Below, in pieces: positions 1 through 9,831 of a stretch of 64,000 nt of DNA. Source of the DNA: a virus; IMG/VR virus record IMGVR_UViG_3300009079_000013; one strand, 5' to 3'. The position numbers and the translations under genes were made by a program. Position 1 is the first letter of the stretch. Each line of letters starts with the position of its first letter. The notes beneath the pieces are model-generated. The model ran no database searches, had not been told where the DNA came from, and was given only the letters and a program-made list of their open reading frames with translations.

Positions 1-2
1 AC

Positions 3-420
3 GGAAGTCAAGGTACTTCAGGTACTAATGGTACAAATGGAGCTCAAGGTACTTCAGGTACTAATGGAAGTCAGGGAATAGCAGGTACTCAAGGTACTAA
101 CGGAAGTCAAGGTACTACAGGTACTAATGGAGCTCAAGGTACTACAGGTACTAATGGAGCTCAAGGTACTCAAGGTACTAACGGAAGTCAAGGTACTACA
201 GGTACTAATGGAGCTCAAGGTACTACAGGTACTAACGGAGCTCAAGGTATTCAAGGCGTAAAAGGACCACAAGGAGCAACGGGAAGTCAAGGTATTCAAG
301 GAGCAACAGGAAGTCAAGGTATTCAAGGCGTAAAAGGACCACAAGGCGCAACGGGAAGTCAAGGTATTCAGGGTGTTTTAGGAACAATAGGTTCACAAGG
401 TATACAAGGAATACAAGGTA
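3..420 (+). repeat. Degenerate 9-bp-unit tandem repeats encoding Gly-X-Y
   Basis: Recurring ggtactaatggagctcaa / ggaagtcaaggtact / ggtattcaa units. Confidence 0.9.
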
Positions 421-584
421 TTGAGCAGCAGCATACTTTTTCATCTGCATCAAGTGCTGCGGGTCAATATGGATTTAGAGAACGTCAAGTGCCCGACAAT
501 GCAGGATTACTTGCAGCCGGATGGGTACAGGTAGTAGTAGGTTCAAAAACTTATTGGTTACCTGCTTGGCAAGAAGAGGGCTAG
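3..584 (+). CDS. Collagen-like (Gly-X-Y) fibre protein, 5'-truncated by window edge
   Basis: Frame 3 is open from base 3 to TAG 582-584: GSQGTSGTNGTNGAQG... Gly every third residue to ~420, then a short C-terminal domain ending VVVGSKTYWLPAWQEEG. Absent from the ORF track because the start lies outside the window. Confidence 0.9.
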   Translation, partial: GSQGTSGTNGTNGAQGTSGTNGSQGIAGTQGTNGSQGTTGTNGAQGTTGTNGAQGTQGTNGSQGTTGTNGAQGTTGTNGAQGIQGVKGPQGATGSQGIQGATGSQGIQGVKGPQGATGSQGIQGVLGTIGSQGIQGIQGIEQQHTFSSASSAAGQYGFRERQVPDNAGLLAAGWVQVVVGSKTYWLPAWQEEG

Positions 585-607
585 CAATTGACTGGGTAAC
601 TATTATA

Positions 608-634
608 GAACCTAAAATATAGTTTTTGTATAAT
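608..634 (+). promoter_or_regulatory. Phage early/middle promoter motif (AAACY-N15-16-GTATAAT class)
   Basis: GAACC-N15-GTATAAT 7 nt before ATG 642; same motif recurs before many non-structural genes. Confidence 0.65.
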
Positions 635-641
635 ATAAAAC

Positions 642-2861
642 ATGTATGATATCTGTAAACAATCAATAATAAGAGGCGGAAGGATAGCTCCTTTAATTTT
701 ACCTTTTAAAGTATCTGACGGTTTAGGTTTAACTAACCCTACAATATTAAAAATAAAGAATAAAATTTATATTAATATAAGGCACGTTGGATACGCATTA
801 TATCATTCTGAAAAAGATCAAAAATTTCAGAGTCCTTATGGATCCCTATGTTACTTAAATCCAGAAGATGATATTACATTAACTACTAAAAATTTTATTT
901 GTGAATTAAATCCAGATACACTGGAGATAGTTAAATATAAAGAGGTAGATACATCATTATTAGATGTAAAGCCAGTTTGGGAGTTTGTAGGATTAGAGGA
1001 TGCGCGATTAGTTAACTGGGATAATAAGATGCAACTAACTGGTGTAAGAAGAGACACAACTACAAATGGAGTAGGTAGAATGGAGTTGTCTGAATTAAAA
1101 AACAACTTTAAAGAAATTTCACGAAAAAGAATTGAATCTACTGATGAAAACAGTTACTGTGAAAAGAATTGGATGCCAATATCAGATATGCCATATCATT
1201 ATGTAAAATGGACATGTCCCACAGAAGTAGTAAAGTATGATATTAATACAGGTGTTACTACTCAAGTCTCTTTAGTTCAACAAGATGTTTCCTTTAAACG
1301 TGACGTAAGGGGTGGTTCACAAGTAGTTAAATATAAAGACTATTATGTAGCATTAACTCACGAGGTTGATTTATGGAATGATGAGCAAGGTAGAAAAGAT
1401 GCACAGTACTATCATAGATTCATAGTTTGGGATAAAGATTGGAATATTGTTTATAATTCTGATGAGTTTAAATTTGCTGATGCTAGGATAGAATTTTCTT
1501 GTGGTATTCATTTTGAAAAAAATGAACTTTTAATTACATTTGGATTTCAAGATACTACATCTTTTATCTTAACAATGCCAAACATATATTTTGAAGAATT
1601 AGTTGGAATGAAAAATAACTCTAACTTTTTTGCTCGCGATACAGCAAAAGATATTTTTACTAAATATGCACTTGATTATGACAATGGCAAAAATAACTTT
1701 AACTTAGGTTTATATTATTATCAGCAGTCTCAATGGGCTTCATCGTTATCTTTCTTTTTAAGAGCAGCTGAAATTGATTTAGATAAAGATCTTATTTATG
1801 AGTCTTTGCTTTTTATTGCAAAATGCATATGCAACTTAGGTAGAAGAAAGGTAACAGAGCTATCGTTATGGAATAATGCACTTAGATTCTGCCCTACGAG
1901 ACCTGAGGCATATTTATTCATATCTCAGTATTATGAATCCTTTAGTAAGTTTTCTGAAGCACAATCATTTGCAAAAATCGGTTTAGAATTCAAAGATAAT
2001 CACGTTCCTTTAAATTCTGAGTTAGGTTATCATCATTATTATCAATTATTATTTCAAGAAGCCATATGTGATTGGAATTTAGGACAAGGTAACTCGGCAA
2101 GAAACAAACTATTAAAACTAGGAAAGTCCATATACCCATTTAATTCTTTCTATAAAGATTTGATTCAAAAAAATATTACTTCATTAGGTTCTTCCGGAGA
2201 TCCATTTTTACCATATAATAAGTCTATGTCCAATAGACTTAAATATAAATTTACTGATTATGAAAAAATAGAAAAAAACTATTCGCAAACTTTTCAAGAC
2301 ATGTTTATATTATCTATGCTTAATGGTAAAAAAGATGGTAGATATTTAGAGATAGGTTCTGCTGATCCCTATCATGGAAGTAATACGGCTTTACTAGAAG
2401 AACTAGGCTGGACAGGGCTATCGTTAGAAATTTTAGAAAGAGAAGTAGAAAAGTTTAAAGAGCATAGAACTAATGAAGTAATTCTATGCGATGCTACTAA
2501 ATATGATTATCAATCATTAGTAGGGGACTTTGATTATTTACAGGTAGATTGCGAGCCGCCGGCTACGACATATTATATACTTACAAAAATCCCATTTGAT
2601 AAGATTAAGTTTTCAGTTATAACTTACGAACACGATCATTATACAGACATGGACAGTGTATATAGAGAAAAATCAAGAGAATTATTAAAAGAAAAAGGGT
2701 ATGTAATGGTAGTGGGAAATATTGCACCCGATGATACTTCTACGTATGAAGATTGGTATGTTCATCCAGAATGCGTTGATCCAGTTATTTTAGACATTAT
2801 GAAGCAAAGTAATGATGAAATAAAAAATGCAAAAAAATATATGCTTAATTCATTGTTGTAA
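642..2861 (+). CDS. Fusion: GH130/GT91-like beta-propeller + TPR repeats + FkbM-family SAM methyltransferase
   Basis: N-term GLEDARL, EKNWMP, RGGSQ, IEFSCG motifs; central TPR-like helices (FNLGLYYY, PTRPEAYLF); C-term YSQTFQD, YLEIGSADP..SNT, DYLQVDCE, ITYEHD, EDWYV. Confidence 0.75.
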   Translation: MYDICKQSIIRGGRIAPLILPFKVSDGLGLTNPTILKIKNKIYINIRHVGYALYHSEKDQKFQSPYGSLCYLNPEDDITLTTKNFICELNPDTLEIVKYKEVDTSLLDVKPVWEFVGLEDARLVNWDNKMQLTGVRRDTTTNGVGRMELSELKNNFKEISRKRIESTDENSYCEKNWMPISDMPYHYVKWTCPTEVVKYDINTGVTTQVSLVQQDVSFKRDVRGGSQVVKYKDYYVALTHEVDLWNDEQGRKDAQYYHRFIVWDKDWNIVYNSDEFKFADARIEFSCGIHFEKNELLITFGFQDTTSFILTMPNIYFEELVGMKNNSNFFARDTAKDIFTKYALDYDNGKNNFNLGLYYYQQSQWASSLSFFLRAAEIDLDKDLIYESLLFIAKCICNLGRRKVTELSLWNNALRFCPTRPEAYLFISQYYESFSKFSEAQSFAKIGLEFKDNHVPLNSELGYHHYYQLLFQEAICDWNLGQGNSARNKLLKLGKSIYPFNSFYKDLIQKNITSLGSSGDPFLPYNKSMSNRLKYKFTDYEKIEKNYSQTFQDMFILSMLNGKKDGRYLEIGSADPYHGSNTALLEELGWTGLSLEILEREVEKFKEHRTNEVILCDATKYDYQSLVGDFDYLQVDCEPPATTYYILTKIPFDKIKFSVITYEHDHYTDMDSVYREKSRELLKEKGYVMVVGNIAPDDTSTYEDWYVHPECVDPVILDIMKQSNDEIKNAKKYMLNSLL

Positions 2862-2963
2862 AATAACATAAGTAAATTACATAACCATTTCATAAGTTTT
2901 GTGCTGTATAAATAATATTATAGATTTCTCTATATAAACAATTTTAAAGCTACAAAAAATAAT

Positions 2964-3440
2964 ATGATTGGTGGAAGCATGACGAAGTTTGACTATTTAC
3001 TCAGAATAAGTGTGGTTATATTTGCCTCAATTTCACCTTTATTATGCCTATGTATTTCAGGGTATGAAGAATCATTATCTTCTTATTGGAATACTGAAAC
3101 GCAACCTATGTTTATAATATCTAATTTAATAACAGGTTATTATTTAATAGGAATTCCTAAGTGGAGACTATCTTCATGCTTATTGCTATTAGTTACGGCT
3201 TTTTCTATAGAGTACTATCCTAACGTACATAACGTATTAGCTATTATATTTTTTATATCATGCATATATCCTCTTTACAAAGCTAATAATTACAGATTCT
3301 GTATGTGTATATATTTAATATCTATTTTAGCTGTTCCGTTTAGTTTATTAGTTGCTGAATTAATAGCTATACTTTCAATATGTTTATTTCATTTATTAAC
3401 ACTTAATAAATTATATAGTATTCAAAAAGAAAGAGTATGA
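2964..3440 (+). CDS. Small polytopic membrane protein
   Basis: 158 aa with about 5-6 hydrophobic segments; TATAAATA at 2907-2914 upstream. Confidence 0.7.
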   Translation: MIGGSMTKFDYLLRISVVIFASISPLLCLCISGYEESLSSYWNTETQPMFIISNLITGYYLIGIPKWRLSSCLLLLVTAFSIEYYPNVHNVLAIIFFISCIYPLYKANNYRFCMCIYLISILAVPFSLLVAELIAILSICLFHLLTLNKLYSIQKERV

Positions 3441-3445
3441 ATAAA

Positions 3446-3994
3446 CTAACTAAAATCTACCTTTAAATCAAAATCATAATACTTGAATTTTATATCAAAC
3501 GTATTAAATTGCGGAGTTACTGAGCTATATGATAATTTTATTCCAGTTTGAGATGTAAGTATTGGTCTATTAAATATTATAGAAGACACTGAATAGCCTT
3601 CATTATTTAACATCATTAGTCTAATAGGAGAAAGGGTTTGTTTTTTATTTGAGAAGTCTAAAAATTCAAGTGAATTTTCTAAAAAAATAAAATAATTTAA
3701 ATATGCATCTGATATTTTCATAGTGAGAGTTATTTCTCTATTAAATAATTCCTTTAAAGGTTTAGAGCTTTTATAATCTTGTTGTTTACCTAAAGGCCTG
3801 GTTTGCTCAGCTGTTGTCATACTCCATGCAGGAAAATCTATTTGCTGAACCGTAGATGACATAAAATCATCTATGGTATCATACGGTAATATCAGACTTT
3901 GATAATAATCTTTATACTTTTCTTTTATTGAATCAGTAAAAAAATTTTCAGGAAATAGAAAAACAAAACTATTATTTCTTACGTTTAAAATCAT
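3446..3994 (-). CDS. Putative tail tube-like / tail completion protein
   Basis: 182 aa in structural block; QQIDFP, ITLTM and FDIKFKYYDF patterns recall T4 gp3/gp19/gp54-type proteins. Confidence 0.5.
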   Translation of the reverse strand: MILNVRNNSFVFLFPENFFTDSIKEKYKDYYQSLILPYDTIDDFMSSTVQQIDFPAWSMTTAEQTRPLGKQQDYKSSKPLKELFNREITLTMKISDAYLNYFIFLENSLEFLDFSNKKQTLSPIRLMMLNNEGYSVSSIIFNRPILTSQTGIKLSYSSVTPQFNTFDIKFKYYDFDLKVDFS

Positions 3995-3996
3995 AA

Positions 3997-4440
3997 TTAA
4001 TCAAAATGGCCTATTTGTATGTTGTATTCCCACTTACTAGTGTCAAATGTATTATTCATATCGATCACTACGGTATCTATGTATAATGGAAGTTCTCCCA
4101 TTTCCTCGTCATATTTCTCATGAGTTATATCGTCGTCTATTATATCAAAAGAATCTCGCTCTTCACTTTCAAAGTCTAAGACTGCTCCTTCTACTGCAAC
4201 ACTTTTCAATATAAACATTATTCCATCTATTCCACTTCTTTTGTATTGTACATTTAGATCAAATGTAATAACAATCTTGTTTAATACGATTTCAGAATCT
4301 TCGCCTATATTTTCACCTTTACTAGTGGTCTTTGGTCTATTATATAAATCAACTCTACCATATACATCACTGTCTATAGTTTCTACATAAGATGAATCGT
4401 ATTTAGATTCAAATAATTTTATATGTTTTCTATTTTTCAT
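3997..4440 (-). CDS. Hypothetical protein with N-terminal KHIKLFE motif (possible virion-internal)
   Basis: 147 aa acidic ORF tightly coupled to its neighbours. Confidence 0.65.
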   Translation of the reverse strand: MKNRKHIKLFESKYDSSYVETIDSDVYGRVDLYNRPKTTSKGENIGEDSEIVLNKIVITFDLNVQYKRSGIDGIMFILKSVAVEGAVLDFESEERDSFDIIDDDITHEKYDEEMGELPLYIDTVVIDMNNTFDTSKWEYNIQIGHFD

Positions 4441-5593
4441 AATTTACGAACTCTTTTATGTATTTAAATTGATATGATTCATTTGACATTAATTCTTTAA
4501 ATATATCAACTTCCATTTGTTTTATATATTCACCAACTTTAGGTCCACCTTTAATATTCATCTTATCCATTACATCTTTACCACTTACACTAGGTATATA
4601 CTGAATAAATGTGCGTATTAATTTTTCATCTATGTTATTTAGTTTAGCAAATTTTAACATTTGATTATCGTTAACTGAGGTATTATACTGAGACTTTTTA
4701 ATATCTAATACATTTTCTTGGTTTAAATGAAGAAGAGATTTTAAAAACAATATGTTTTTAATTTCTTCATTTGAATATGTTACTTTATTTAAAATATCTC
4801 TAATTTCTATTGAGTCATTTTCTCTAAGAAGTGTTGCAAGATTTATTATGTAGTCTTTTTCTTCTACATAGCTTGCGTTTATATTTAGATTTGGGAAAAT
4901 ATATTGAAAAAAGTTATATTTGTCTAAAAGATTCATAAAATATACAACAGAGGAAGATTTAGCAATACCTTTTAAAAACTCATCTCTGATTCTTTCAGAT
5001 GATATTTGATCTAAATCAGGGTCTTTAAGTAAATAATCATGTATACCTTTATCTAATTCTGAACCCGTTACGCCTGCGAAACGTATAGCTCTAAGTTTTC
5101 TTAGTTTATCGTCTGAAAAGCGATCCGCGGGATCTCCTACTGTTTTTACAACTCCATTTTTTAAATCGTCTATTCCTCCTACTAAGTCTACTATTTCTTC
5201 TGTTTCAATATCGTAAAATAAAGCATTTATAGTTAAATCTCTTCGTTTAACGTCGTTTTCTATAGTGGTAAAGGTAACATCATCAGGTCTTCTTCCAGTT
5301 CCTACATCTTCTCTAAAAGTAGCTATTTCAAATTCTCCGGTAGGTGTCATAGCTAACCATATTCCAAATTGCTCGCCTATAGGTAACATCTTATATATAG
5401 GAGATAACATTCTATTTACTTCATCGGGTAATGCATCAGTAGCTAAATCATAGTCCTTAGGGGTCATTCCAGATAGTGCATCTCTCACTGCGCCTCCTAC
5501 TAGATATAACTTATATCCATTCTTTTTAAATACATCTCGTATCATTAGAATGTCTTTTGGTAAATCTATGGTATATTTCTTTTTTATTTTCAT
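4430..5593 (-). CDS. cca: Class II tRNA nucleotidyltransferase (CCA-adding enzyme)
   Basis: LVGGAVRD..KDYDLAT, EIATFR, DVKRRDLTINAL, DDKLRKLRAIRF, ISSERIRDEF. Confidence 0.9.
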   Translation of the reverse strand: MKIKKKYTIDLPKDILMIRDVFKKNGYKLYLVGGAVRDALSGMTPKDYDLATDALPDEVNRMLSPIYKMLPIGEQFGIWLAMTPTGEFEIATFREDVGTGRRPDDVTFTTIENDVKRRDLTINALFYDIETEEIVDLVGGIDDLKNGVVKTVGDPADRFSDDKLRKLRAIRFAGVTGSELDKGIHDYLLKDPDLDQISSERIRDEFLKGIAKSSSVVYFMNLLDKYNFFQYIFPNLNINASYVEEKDYIINLATLLRENDSIEIRDILNKVTYSNEEIKNILFLKSLLHLNQENVLDIKKSQYNTSVNDNQMLKFAKLNNIDEKLIRTFIQYIPSVSGKDVMDKMNIKGGPKVGEYIKQMEVDIFKELMSNESYQFKYIKEFVNYEK

Positions 5594-5595
5594 AA

Positions 5596-6378
5596 CTATT
5601 CGCTAGGCGGGTGATCTTTGTCTATCCAGGCATTGTTTATATTTACACCTGTATCTTCTAATTTGGTATTTAGGCCTATTTGATTTATAGTATTTCCTTT
5701 ATAGAATACAGAGTCTTCGTTAAAGCTAGGAAAATACGTTTCCATATCTATACTAAAGGTTATATTAACTCTTTGATCTGTGGTATAATCAAAATCGTAT
5801 TTTTTTTCAAAGGATTCAGTATCAGGAAAAGTAAACTGTCCAGGTATTCTAACGCCTTTGTACTGGAAATAAACAACTCTATTTTTATAAAATAAATCTA
5901 TTAGTCTTTCTATTATTTTAAATGTTTTATTTAAATTATCACATATTATTTTAGCTGAGAATTTTAACCCCATTGGCATACTATATAATCTAGCTGAAAA
6001 TGCTTTATTTACCTTTTGATCATTATCATCAAGAACCTGTTGATTAAAACTACCTCTAACAAATTTATTGGTTATATCGCTAGTTTTTATCTGAAAGGAA
6101 TCTAAGGTTATAATGCCTCTTGGAACTATATCATAATTTCCTTCAGCCATTACTGGGACTTTACAGCCATCTGGGACTTGTATAAAGAAGTCTTTCATGA
6201 AGCCTTCGTCCGCCGCCATATTATAAAAGAAAGGTATCTCATGTTTTTCTATTTCTCCATTTCTAACTAGGTCTATTACAATTTCCCTGTTTAAAATGTC
6301 TAACAGTGCTAATACAGCATTTCTTAAAAAGATATCTTGCGTATTTGAATTTCTTATATTTTGATTATCAGTATTCAT
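5596..6378 (-). CDS. Tail terminator / sheath stabilizer, T4 gp15-like
   Basis: 260 aa; FLRNAVLALLD..IPFFY, VPRG, PMGLKF pattern; adjacent to gp14-like gene. Confidence 0.65.
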   Translation of the reverse strand: MNTDNQNIRNSNTQDIFLRNAVLALLDILNREIVIDLVRNGEIEKHEIPFFYNMAADEGFMKDFFIQVPDGCKVPVMAEGNYDIVPRGIITLDSFQIKTSDITNKFVRGSFNQQVLDDNDQKVNKAFSARLYSMPMGLKFSAKIICDNLNKTFKIIERLIDLFYKNRVVYFQYKGVRIPGQFTFPDTESFEKKYDFDYTTDQRVNITFSIDMETYFPSFNEDSVFYKGNTINQIGLNTKLEDTGVNINNAWIDKDHPPSE

Positions 6379-6391
6379 GTATTATTATTAT

Positions 6392-8548
6392 TTATCTATT
6401 TCTTGTTATAAAAGGTACCTTGACCTGAGGTCTACAATTATCTATCAATAATAACATAGATTCGTCTTTTATAAATTGCTGACTTAATATAAAGTCATGT
6501 TGTTCTTCTTTTATCATAGTTTTAAATAATCTAATATTAGATATCTTTAAATTAGAAGTAGGTATTGTGTATGGCTGTTCTAGATTAAATGTTTTTTCTT
6601 GCATGGAAGATACATTTTCAAATATTTTACTAAAATCTGTATGATTAGTTAAATCAGAAGGGTCTTCTATCGTTTTATATAGGTAAATTCCCATTTGCTT
6701 AAATTCATTAGATATAGAAATAACAGCAGAATGCCATTTTCCAGATTCAAAATTATTTATAGTAAAGGTACTTAAAGAATCATTTACTTTAACGTTCAAT
6801 ATTAAATCTCCTTCTGGCTGATCGCTGAAGTATTTATTAAATTGAGCGTAAAAATATATCCCAGATTCAGATTCGTTATCATAGCCGTTTATAAAACTAA
6901 TTATTTCAGAGTTTCCAGGAACATTAAACATACATGTATATGATAAATTGTCTATTCCATTTGAACCAAATTCAGGAAGTCTATTATATACAATAGAAGT
7001 TTCTCTTAACTTTAAAGTAACTGCTGGTTTAGAATCAACACTACTTGTCATTATATTTCTTTGATTGGTAAAACTTAAATCTTTATATGCTTCTAATTGT
7101 AAATATCGGCCAGATTCAGACTGACCTACGTGATCAGGTAATGTATCAAAAGGACCTCTAACTCTTAAATATTTTACGTTTATTCCTAATACATTTTTAT
7201 CATTTGTCATTAATGAATTATTTTGCCAAGTCTTGAAAATAGGACTATCTTGATATGCTCTAATTACGTTATATGATTTTTTGTCATTTACAGTTCCCGA
7301 TGCGTCTACTAATTCTTGAGAAGTAGATGTTAGCGGGGAATCACTAGTTAAAAAATAATCGTTAGAAGTTGCTTCTATTCCACTAAGGTCATAATAATTT
7401 TCCATTAGCGATGCAAAATTAAAGTTAAACTTTATATTCTTTATTTTTAGATCAGGATGAATAGAGCCTCTAGTAATGTCATATCTAGTAGATATAGTTT
7501 CATATTGCTGAGGCATTTTAGCGTCCTGTATGTCTTCTTTGACCTCCTCTGCAAACAGTTCTTCAGCGCTAGTTATAATATTATCCATGTATTGACGATT
7601 TTCGTCTTTCATTAACATGTCAATGTTTGGATTAAATTTATAAAGTTGTATTTTCCAAAAACTGGGTTCCATCATAAATCCCCTGTGTAAATAGGATCCT
7701 TGTATTTCAAACATCCTGTTGATTAATGGAAAATATAAGAAATCTCTTTTTCTTGGTTCTGCTTCGTTTCCAAAAACAGATTGAAAATATCTATGATCTA
7801 CATGTATTTCAAAAGGAACTTCAAAGTCTATTCCAAATTCAGAAAATTTAGGCTTATTGTCTGGAAAATTATTATCAGGTACAAGTATTTTTACACATTT
7901 CCTATCAACGTTTTTATATAGTGTCCATTCTTTAAAAATATAATCTCCACTGTCTGATTCAGGAACAGTTCTAAAATAAACAACTTCGTGTCCAAAGATT
8001 TTATTGGTATGGAAACTCAGTTCTTTATAAATTCCAATTGCACTATCTACTTGATAGGGTCTAAAACTAGCCTCTCTTTCAAATATAAGAGCTGGGCATT
8101 TTTCGTCAGTACAACACACAACGGGCGTTAAAACGTTAGGTAAACCTGGATCATTTCGTTTTGCTCTTATTTTTATTTCATCTATTTCTATTGGAGACTC
8201 TAACTCTTCAAAGGTACCGTTATCGTATTCATATTTTATTTCTATATAGACGCATTGATCTGGTTCTATTTCAATACTCTTTACACTGTCTAATCCCAAA
8301 GGGTCTATTGATTCTGGAGAAAATCCATACCAAAGAGACCAATCTATATTGTTAGAGGAATATCTAAAATATCTTTTTAAGAATGTTAAATCAATTGAAC
8401 CGGGCGAAGTAGTTTCAATGTCTTCTAATATATCAGATATACCTGTTATTCCTGTAATAGGGTCGGCTATAGAAAATATTCTAAAATTTTTACTAAATGT
8501 TAGCGTGTTTGAACCTGATTCAGGTATGATTTTTATAGTAATGTTCAT
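6392..8548 (-). CDS. Neck/head-closure protein, T4 gp14-like core with long N- and C-terminal extensions
   Basis: FGHEVVYF..IFKE, SEFGI, EPRKRDFLYFPLINRMFEI resemble gp14; C-terminus looks LamG-like (GKWHSAVIS, ISNIRLF). Confidence 0.7.
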   Translation of the reverse strand: MNITIKIIPESGSNTLTFSKNFRIFSIADPITGITGISDILEDIETTSPGSIDLTFLKRYFRYSSNNIDWSLWYGFSPESIDPLGLDSVKSIEIEPDQCVYIEIKYEYDNGTFEELESPIEIDEIKIRAKRNDPGLPNVLTPVVCCTDEKCPALIFEREASFRPYQVDSAIGIYKELSFHTNKIFGHEVVYFRTVPESDSGDYIFKEWTLYKNVDRKCVKILVPDNNFPDNKPKFSEFGIDFEVPFEIHVDHRYFQSVFGNEAEPRKRDFLYFPLINRMFEIQGSYLHRGFMMEPSFWKIQLYKFNPNIDMLMKDENRQYMDNIITSAEELFAEEVKEDIQDAKMPQQYETISTRYDITRGSIHPDLKIKNIKFNFNFASLMENYYDLSGIEATSNDYFLTSDSPLTSTSQELVDASGTVNDKKSYNVIRAYQDSPIFKTWQNNSLMTNDKNVLGINVKYLRVRGPFDTLPDHVGQSESGRYLQLEAYKDLSFTNQRNIMTSSVDSKPAVTLKLRETSIVYNRLPEFGSNGIDNLSYTCMFNVPGNSEIISFINGYDNESESGIYFYAQFNKYFSDQPEGDLILNVKVNDSLSTFTINNFESGKWHSAVISISNEFKQMGIYLYKTIEDPSDLTNHTDFSKIFENVSSMQEKTFNLEQPYTIPTSNLKISNIRLFKTMIKEEQHDFILSQQFIKDESMLLLIDNCRPQVKVPFITRNR

Positions 8549-8610
8549 TTATACGATATATTATGTTTGTGTTATATACTGTTATTTATTTAATTTTACA
8601 ATACTCTATT

Positions 8611-9480
8611 ATGATAGAACCAATAGATCGTTTCTTTGTAAAATATATAAAAATAAACGTGTTAACTTTGAAGCCTAAAAATATTTTAGATCCAATGTGG
8701 ATCGCTAAAAAAGATTATATTGATTCTGAATACTTTAATTATGTATTACTAGCGGCTGAGCAAAAATATTCTAAAGAATTAGAAAGCGGAAATAATGAAT
8801 ACTTTTATGAAGTAATGTTTCACTATTTAAATTTAAATAATTTAGTACTGGATGGAAACATGTTTGATTTTAAAATGAATTCTTCATGGAGAAACGATAG
8901 AATTATAGAAATATCAAATGAACTATCGCTTTTTTATAAGAAGGACAATGAAGCGGGTGAAACTGTAAAGCGAGCCAATGAGATATTTAAAAGTCTATGT
9001 ATAACTTACCTAAAGAAACAATGCGATATATTTAACATAAAAGATTTTAATGTGTATTATGTAAATAGTAAGATACAATTGTTAAATACAATTTATGTTT
9101 TAATAAACGTTAATGAAACGCAATCATATGAAATATGGAAATTAAAAATGGACAGACGTTTTTCTAAAGGGTACAAATTTTTAAAAGTTGAAACATTGCA
9201 TGTAGAAAACATAGAAGAAACTCCTATTAAAGATATTATTAAAGAATTAAATAACGTAGAATTAAACAAATTAGACCCAGATTTAAATTTACTTTTTTGT
9301 ATATGTAAAAATAAAGAACTAGACCTAGATAACATATCCGACTCTATAAAAAATACAATTCTGCTAAATAAACTAATGGCTAATGAGAGCAGATTTGATC
9401 CAAACTTGCTTGAAAATGCACTTGATATTATATTAGACGAAAATATCTTACCGTTTAAACTATCAGAAGATTTTATCTAA
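8611..9480 (+). CDS. Hypothetical protein
   Basis: Long ORF (track start 8563; ATG 8611 avoids the divergent promoter region); no family recognised. Confidence 0.6.
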   Translation: MIEPIDRFFVKYIKINVLTLKPKNILDPMWIAKKDYIDSEYFNYVLLAAEQKYSKELESGNNEYFYEVMFHYLNLNNLVLDGNMFDFKMNSSWRNDRIIEISNELSLFYKKDNEAGETVKRANEIFKSLCITYLKKQCDIFNIKDFNVYYVNSKIQLLNTIYVLINVNETQSYEIWKLKMDRRFSKGYKFLKVETLHVENIEETPIKDIIKELNNVELNKLDPDLNLLFCICKNKELDLDNISDSIKNTILLNKLMANESRFDPNLLENALDIILDENILPFKLSEDFI

Positions 9481-9486
9481 ATAATT

Positions 9487-9810
9487 CTAAGATAAAGAAT
9501 CAACAACAACTAATCCTTTACTTTCAAGTACTGATTTTATTTCTTCATATGATACTTCATATAGTGTTTCTGAAGAAAATAATGAAGTAACACTGGGACT
9601 TCCCTGGTTACTTATTCCAAATCTCCTAGGAATCATTTGAGATAAAACTGTACTATTAGAGTTGCTTTCTCTAGACTCTTCATTTAAGTATAAGTTAACC
9701 CATACATCACAGGCTCTGTTCTTTGAAAAAGCTAATTTTTCTATATTTAAATATGCAGCTGAGGTTATTCCTCCGCTTGTTGCTATTTCAGTTGATATTT
9801 TTAATCCCAT
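9487..9810 (-). CDS. Small hypothetical protein, possible tail-fibre-associated chaperone
   Basis: 107 aa directly downstream of fibre gene; ATAAATA at 9820-9826. Confidence 0.55.
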   Translation of the reverse strand: MGLKISTEIATSGGITSAAYLNIEKLAFSKNRACDVWVNLYLNEESRESNSNSTVLSQMIPRRFGISNQGSPSVTSLFSSETLYEVSYEEIKSVLESKGLVVVDSLS

Positions 9811-9831
9811 TTTATTTTTTATTTATTTTTT

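Noticed and set aside
1-420. Tandem repeats as a CRISPR array
   Set aside because: Units are multiples of 9 bp, keep one open Gly-X-Y frame and have no unique spacers.
54-453. Minus-strand ORFs 54-362 and 232-453
   Set aside because: Antisense shadows of the collagen repeat.
2862-2900. Three CATAA repeats after the FkbM fusion
   Set aside because: Too short and AT-rich to separate from chance.
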